DNA from: a bacterium
GTDB lineage: Bacteria; Bacillota_I; Bacilli_A; RFN20; CAG-826
DNA length: 64,000 nucleotides
Direction: 5' to 3'
Assembly (NCBI GenBank): GCA_963651465.1
Contig: CAVJPS010000012.1
Location: 66,179-130,178, forward strand
Shown piece after piece: positions 60,146-64,000 of the stretch. Position 1 is the first letter of the stretch, and each line of letters starts with the position of its first letter. The notes beneath the pieces were generated by a model. That model was given only the letters and a program-made list of their open reading frames with translations. It was not told the DNA's origin and made no database searches. A program made the translations under genes and the position numbers.

Positions 60146-61069
60146 ATGAAATTGAATAAAAAAATATTTGTTACTTCATTATTATTAATGGGACTTTCAA
60201 CTGTAGCTATGTCAACTGCAACTTATGCATGGTTTACAGTTAACAAAACAGCTAGTATGACAGCTTCTGCAACAATTAAATCAGAAGCTGGTGTCGAAGT
60301 CGGTTTAGTTGCAAGTGGTGGTCACGAAGCTAAAGATTATGAAGAAGAAGCTACTATTGATTTAGGCAGCCATTCAATGACAGATATATCTGGTAATGGT
60401 GCGTCTTTATTTAGACCTATTTTCGCATCAAATAACAATGACTTCTCAAGCGTTACAACTATTACAGAAAATGGTTTATCAGGCTACGAAGATACATTTA
60501 TCGTAGCTCAATTAAAATTCCGTTCCGATAAAGCTTATAATGTATATGTTGGTCAAAGTGCTGATATTTTAAGTGGTGAATTAGCTGTTGCAGCTCGTTT
60601 AGCTATTTTTGATAGCGGAAAAGTTTCAACTGCAACTGCCCCAAGTGCTGCTACTTTGAAACAATTCATTTATAGTGGATCAATCGAAAATGAATACTAT
60701 ATTAGTGCAAATACTGCAACTAGTGTTACTACTAATAATGATGGAGTTGCAGCTACAGGATATACAGCAGTTTCTAATTTTGATACACTTGATGCTGCAA
60801 GTGAAAACGACAGATTATATCATACAGTAATTAGCGATGTTGTAAGTGAATATACAACACTTGACGATGCTAACGCTCATTTAAATCCATTAACAACATT
60901 AACTAAGGACGGAAAATACCCAACAGGTCATAAATTTGCAGATCAAGATGCTTTTACCGGTTGTATAACTGTTGTAATTTGGGTTGAAGGCGCTGATAAA
61001 GATTGTATAAATGATAATATTAATAAATCATTAACTGTTGACCTTCCATTTGCATTCTTATTAGCTTAA
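60146..61069 (+). CDS. Secreted protein with a SipW-cognate signal peptide, paralog 2.
   Basis: N-terminus MKLNKKIFVTSLLLMGLSTVAMSTATYAWFTVNKTAS. About 75% identical to paralog 1 overall, with 100%-identical blocks. RBS GGAGGT lies before the ATG at 60146; the track start is 60131. Confidence 0.55.
   Translation: MKLNKKIFVTSLLLMGLSTVAMSTATYAWFTVNKTASMTASATIKSEAGVEVGLVASGGHEAKDYEEEATIDLGSHSMTDISGNGASLFRPIFASNNNDFSSVTTITENGLSGYEDTFIVAQLKFRSDKAYNVYVGQSADILSGELAVAARLAIFDSGKVSTATAPSAATLKQFIYSGSIENEYYISANTATSVTTNNDGVAATGYTAVSNFDTLDAASENDRLYHTVISDVVSEYTTLDDANAHLNPLTTLTKDGKYPTGHKFADQDAFTGCITVVIWVEGADKDCINDNINKSLTVDLPFAFLLA
60488..60675 (+). repeat. 188-bp identical block, copy B (see 59579-59766). 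A second 56-bp identical block covers the signal-peptide region (59285-59340 versus 60193-60248).
   Basis: Direct sequence comparison. Confidence 0.8.
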
Positions 61070-61077
61070 TCAACTAA

Positions 61078-62025
61078 ATGAAATTCAATAGAAGAATATT
61101 AATTTCTTCAATTGTATTATTTTCATTATCAACAGCATCTGTGGCTTCGGCTACTTATGCATGGTTTACGGTAAATAAAACTGCATCTATGTCCATTGGT
61201 GCTACTTTTGACACTGATGCTGACATTGACATTGGATTGCTTAAATCTGGTGGATTTGATGCAGTTGATTATCGTGCAACTAGTGATAGTAAAATAGTTC
61301 TATCAAATAGATCATTAACGGATGTTTCTGGTCAAGGAACAACGTTCTATAAACCAATTTTCGCTTCAAATAATGTTGATTTTTCATGCATTGAAGTAAT
61401 TGACTTCAAAAACGAGGCTTCTAAATCTGATAATTTCTATTTCGTAACGGCTGCTTTAAAGTTCCGTTCAAACGAGGAATATCGAGTTTATATAGGAGAA
61501 ACTAATCATGAGGGGGTTATTTCTGGAGCTTTAGCTCCATGTGTGAAAATAGCTTTCTTTGATGGTGGTTCATATAGTGCAAATCCAGAGGTCTTACCTG
61601 ATGGAAATCAATTGAAGCAAATCATTTATGATGGTGACGCTGATGATTATTATCTAGATAGTACTAGTGCTAAAAGTATTCATACTGAAAACGAAGGAGT
61701 AATTAGTAAAGGATATGGTAGATATAGTGATCTTTCTACTGGAAATGTAGATGATGCACCTATATATCGTTCTGATGTTGTCAAAAAATACACATCAGAT
61801 GAAGCAGCTTTAAGCGATGGACTTAATACCTTAACAACTCTTACCGATTCAGGTACTACCTATAATGTAGTTGAAGATGGTATGGTTAAAACATACCAAC
61901 TATATGAAGCTTATGTTATTGTAGTTATATGGATTGAAGGGGTTGATCCTCAATGTACAACAGCTATTTCTAATGGCTCATTGAACTTAAAACTTGGTTT
62001 TCAATTTATGAATAACATTAAGTAA
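61078..62025 (+). CDS. Secreted protein with a SipW-cognate signal peptide, divergent paralog 3.
   Basis: N-terminus MKFNRRILISSIVLFSLSTASVASATYAWFTVNKTAS and a mature-region architecture collinear with paralogs 1 and 2 (…FASNN…ALKFRS…Y(V/I)GE…IAFFDGG…LKQIIY…). Confidence 0.5.
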   Translation: MKFNRRILISSIVLFSLSTASVASATYAWFTVNKTASMSIGATFDTDADIDIGLLKSGGFDAVDYRATSDSKIVLSNRSLTDVSGQGTTFYKPIFASNNVDFSCIEVIDFKNEASKSDNFYFVTAALKFRSNEEYRVYIGETNHEGVISGALAPCVKIAFFDGGSYSANPEVLPDGNQLKQIIYDGDADDYYLDSTSAKSIHTENEGVISKGYGRYSDLSTGNVDDAPIYRSDVVKKYTSDEAALSDGLNTLTTLTDSGTTYNVVEDGMVKTYQLYEAYVIVVIWIEGVDPQCTTAISNGSLNLKLGFQFMNNIK

Positions 62026-62035
62026 TGATTAAGAG

Positions 62036-62072
62036 GCTCTATATTAAGTAGAGCCTCTTTTATTATTATTAA
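62036..62072 (+). terminator. Rho-independent terminator after the TasA-like trio.
   Basis: 11-bp stem aagaggctcta / tagagcctctt followed by TTTATTATT. Confidence 0.6.
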
Positions 62073-62168
62073 ATCAAAAATTTTCTTTTTTTTTGACATA
62101 AAAATGGAATATTACTATTGTAATAGTAATAAAAAAATGTAAAAATAATTATGATAGGGGTGGTGTAA

Positions 62169-63077
62169 ATGCCAGAAGAAAAAATTGAAAATGATGAAAA
62201 AATGGCTAACACACAAGAAACAAGTGAATCCGCTCCTGTTTTAACTAAAAAAGAAAAAGTTAAAAAGGGATTAAGTATTGGATTTACAGTTGTAGAAGTA
62301 ATTGTTGTTGTATTTCTATTAATCGTATCTTTATTAAGTATGGCTAGTACAACTACAAATGCTAGTGGCGTTTCGAGTAATCCAATTACTGGAACATCAT
62401 TATTTCCAGTATTAACAGATTCTATGTCTCCAACATTTAGTGCTGGTGACTTAGTATACGGTAAGCAATTTAAAGATGCTGAAAAAGATCCTGATGGCCG
62501 TTTAATTGAACTTTCTAAACTTGAAGGTGACGATACTAAAGGGGAAAATCAAGGGGATATTATTATTTACTGGGCTAAAATCCATGGTGATAATGTTATT
62601 GTTACTCACCGTATTCGTAGAGTTGAGTATGTTTATAAAGACGCAGCAAAAACAATTATAAGTACAAGAACTATTAATGGTGAAGAAATTCCAATTAAAT
62701 GTTTCTATACTCGTGGTGATGCTGAAACTTGGAAAGATGAAGCAGAAAAAGAAAGTATTACATTAGCTGTTAGTAGTTCAGATATTATTGGTTACTACCA
62801 AGGACATGTTAAATACGTAGGTGCAATTATCAATGGTTTACAAAATAATAAGACAGTAATGTTCTTTGCGTTAGTATTCCCACTTATTGCTCTATTTATT
62901 TGGAATGGTTATTCGTTTATCCGTATTATATTCATTAACAAAAAAGAAACTGCTATTGAAAAAATTAATACCGAGCATGAAGAAGAAAAGGCTAAACTTC
63001 TTGAAGAAGCTAAACGTCTAGCGATGGAAGAACTTCGAAAAGAAATGGAAGCAAATAAAGAAAAAGACGATAAATAA
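62169..63077 (+). CDS. sipW: Type-W signal peptidase I (SipW-like, archaeal/ER-type S26B) with an N-terminal cytoplasmic extension, a C-terminal TM and a charged coiled-coil tail.
   Basis: The catalytic Ser box is VLTDSMSPTFSAGDLV (SipW has SGSMEP). GDIIIY, VTHRIRRV (the THR(I/V) His box) and YTRGDAETW (the TKGDNN-like box) are present. The canonical bacterial SxxxxK Lys box is absent, consistent with a Ser/His W-type enzyme. The protein is flanked by TM helices. It lies immediately downstream of three SipW-cognate-signal genes. Confidence 0.7.
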   Translation: MPEEKIENDEKMANTQETSESAPVLTKKEKVKKGLSIGFTVVEVIVVVFLLIVSLLSMASTTTNASGVSSNPITGTSLFPVLTDSMSPTFSAGDLVYGKQFKDAEKDPDGRLIELSKLEGDDTKGENQGDIIIYWAKIHGDNVIVTHRIRRVEYVYKDAAKTIISTRTINGEEIPIKCFYTRGDAETWKDEAEKESITLAVSSSDIIGYYQGHVKYVGAIINGLQNNKTVMFFALVFPLIALFIWNGYSFIRIIFINKKETAIEKINTEHEEEKAKLLEEAKRLAMEELRKEMEANKEKDDK

Positions 63078-63082
63078 CTTAT

Positions 63083-63110
63083 AAAAGCGACAAAAAAGTC
63101 GCTTTTTTTA
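63083..63110 (+). terminator. Rho-independent terminator.
   Basis: Hairpin aaagcgac-aaaaaa-gtcgcttt followed by TTTTTT. Confidence 0.55.
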
Positions 63111-63443
63111 ATCTTTTTAATGAAAAGTAACGATTTTATGGTTTCTTTTCTTTTTTTGTATGGTATTATAAAAATGTAGATTTGGTAAGGATAATATATT
63201 TATATATTATTTAAAAGTCTACTAATCTTGGTTTAGGGCACTAAGATTATTAACAATTTAAAAGCAATTTTATATATTGCAGAACAAGTTGATGAACATG
63301 AATTTTGATTGTTTAGACTTGATGTATTGCTTATTCTCTAATGGTCATTTTAAATAATGCGAGTAATACAAAAAGTTAAAAATGAGAAAAAGGAAAGTCA
63401 TTTGCTCTTTTTTGCATTTACACATTAAGAAAGGAGAATGCGT

Positions 63444-64000
63444 ATGGTAGACGATAAGGATTCTATTTCTACTGAGGATTTAAATATTAATCTTGATAAT
63501 CCTTCTGGTGTAGAAAAATCTAAGAAAAGATCAATATATGATACTACGAATCCATATGAGAAATATAAGAAGTATAAAGATCCTGTAGCTGCACGTTACA
63601 GAAAAAAGATGCTTGCAAATTTCTTTGTATCGGCTTCTATTATCGCAATCATCATTATTGTGTTTATTGCATATATCGGTTCAATGGTTGGTAACTACAC
63701 TATTGAATTACAAAGAGATCAAAAATCATTAACACTTAGTGATGAAGATCCATTCTTCAACAATTCTACTACAAGACTAAATGCTGAGTCAGTTCAATCA
63801 TCATATTGTATTGGTTATCATGAAATTTTAGCAGAAGGTGACGAAATACTTGATTATGCTGGTGGTGCTCATAATGAATATACAGGTTCTACTGGCAAGT
63901 ATATGGCATACACATTCTTTTTAAAGAACGGTTCCCTTAGACCAGTTAATTTCTGTTATGACATTAATATTGATGGCATAAAAAGGTCTAATGAAATATC
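63444..64000 (+). CDS. Hypothetical membrane-anchored protein, 5' part; the frame continues past the window end.
   Basis: RBS AAGGAG lies before the ATG at 63444. The frame is open to nt 64000. One TM helix (FFVSASIIAIIIIVFIAYI) is followed by an extracytoplasmic domain. It sits next to the sipW/TasA-like cluster. Confidence 0.45.
   Translation, partial: MVDDKDSISTEDLNINLDNPSGVEKSKKRSIYDTTNPYEKYKKYKDPVAARYRKKMLANFFVSASIIAIIIIVFIAYIGSMVGNYTIELQRDQKSLTLSDEDPFFNNSTTRLNAESVQSSYCIGYHEILAEGDEILDYAGGAHNEYTGSTGKYMAYTFFLKNGSLRPVNFCYDINIDGIKRSNEI

Noticed and set aside
59579-60675. Identical 188-bp blocks read as an insertion sequence or MITE.
   Set aside because: The blocks are in frame within homologous positions of two paralogous genes and have no terminal inverted repeats or transposase. 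Gene conversion explains them.
1-64000. Alternative genetic code (TGA read as Trp, as in Mycoplasma/Spiroplasma), given the very low GC and an N-domain-less ClpB.
   Set aside because: TGA terminates addB, directly before the overlapping addA start. Long ORFs are cleanly delimited with the standard code, so translation table 11 applies.
1-64000. tRNA, rRNA or CRISPR arrays.
   Set aside because: No T-loop/acceptor-like cloverleaf signatures or rRNA-like conserved stretches, and no regularly spaced direct repeats, were seen. Intergenic regions are short and accounted for by promoters and terminators.

Overview
This is a 64 kb, gene-dense chromosomal segment from a very AT-rich bacterium (about 28-30% GC by eye) that uses the standard genetic code; TGA terminates addB, so it is not a TGA-recoding mollicute. 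Gene content and ribosome-binding sites ('aaggagg'-type) point to a low-GC Firmicutes / Erysipelotrichia- or Tenericutes-like lineage.

Recognisable housekeeping genes are:
- addB (5'-truncated at the window edge) and addA
- mgsA
- a metNIQ methionine ABC importer on the minus strand, behind a T-box leader
- gap
- an N-domain-less clpB behind a CIRCE/HrcA operator
- pdxK, pepT, a DEAD-box helicase, a single-chain L-serine dehydratase, a TrmH-family methyltransferase, a YebC-family protein, mgtE and an RluA-family pseudouridine synthase.

Accessory-looking content includes:
- a 1239-aa HRDC + SF1 helicase + DUF559/Vsr-like nuclease fusion
- two membrane EAL (c-di-GMP phosphodiesterase-like) proteins with degenerate GGDEF modules
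- a secreted endonuclease-I next to a large anchored surface protein
- a processive GT2 synthase beside PlsC-type acyltransferases
- a GPH transporter + GH2 hydrolase pair
- a frameshifted Bro-N antirepressor-like gene in an AT-rich gap
- two tandem RimK-family ATP-grasp ligases flanking a Fur-fold regulator that lacks its sensing histidines.

The most striking locus is at the 3' end. Three tandem paralogous secreted proteins carry SipW-cognate (TasA/camelysin-type) signal peptides with the 'TYAWFT' motif, and two of them share 188 bp and 56 bp blocks of identical sequence (gene conversion). They are followed by a type-W (archaeal/ER-type) signal peptidase and a further membrane protein. Together this is a TasA-like fibre/biofilm-matrix module outside Bacillus.

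No rRNA, tRNA, CRISPR array, transposase or integrase was recognised. All calls come from reading motifs in the supplied translations and DNA; no database searches were run.
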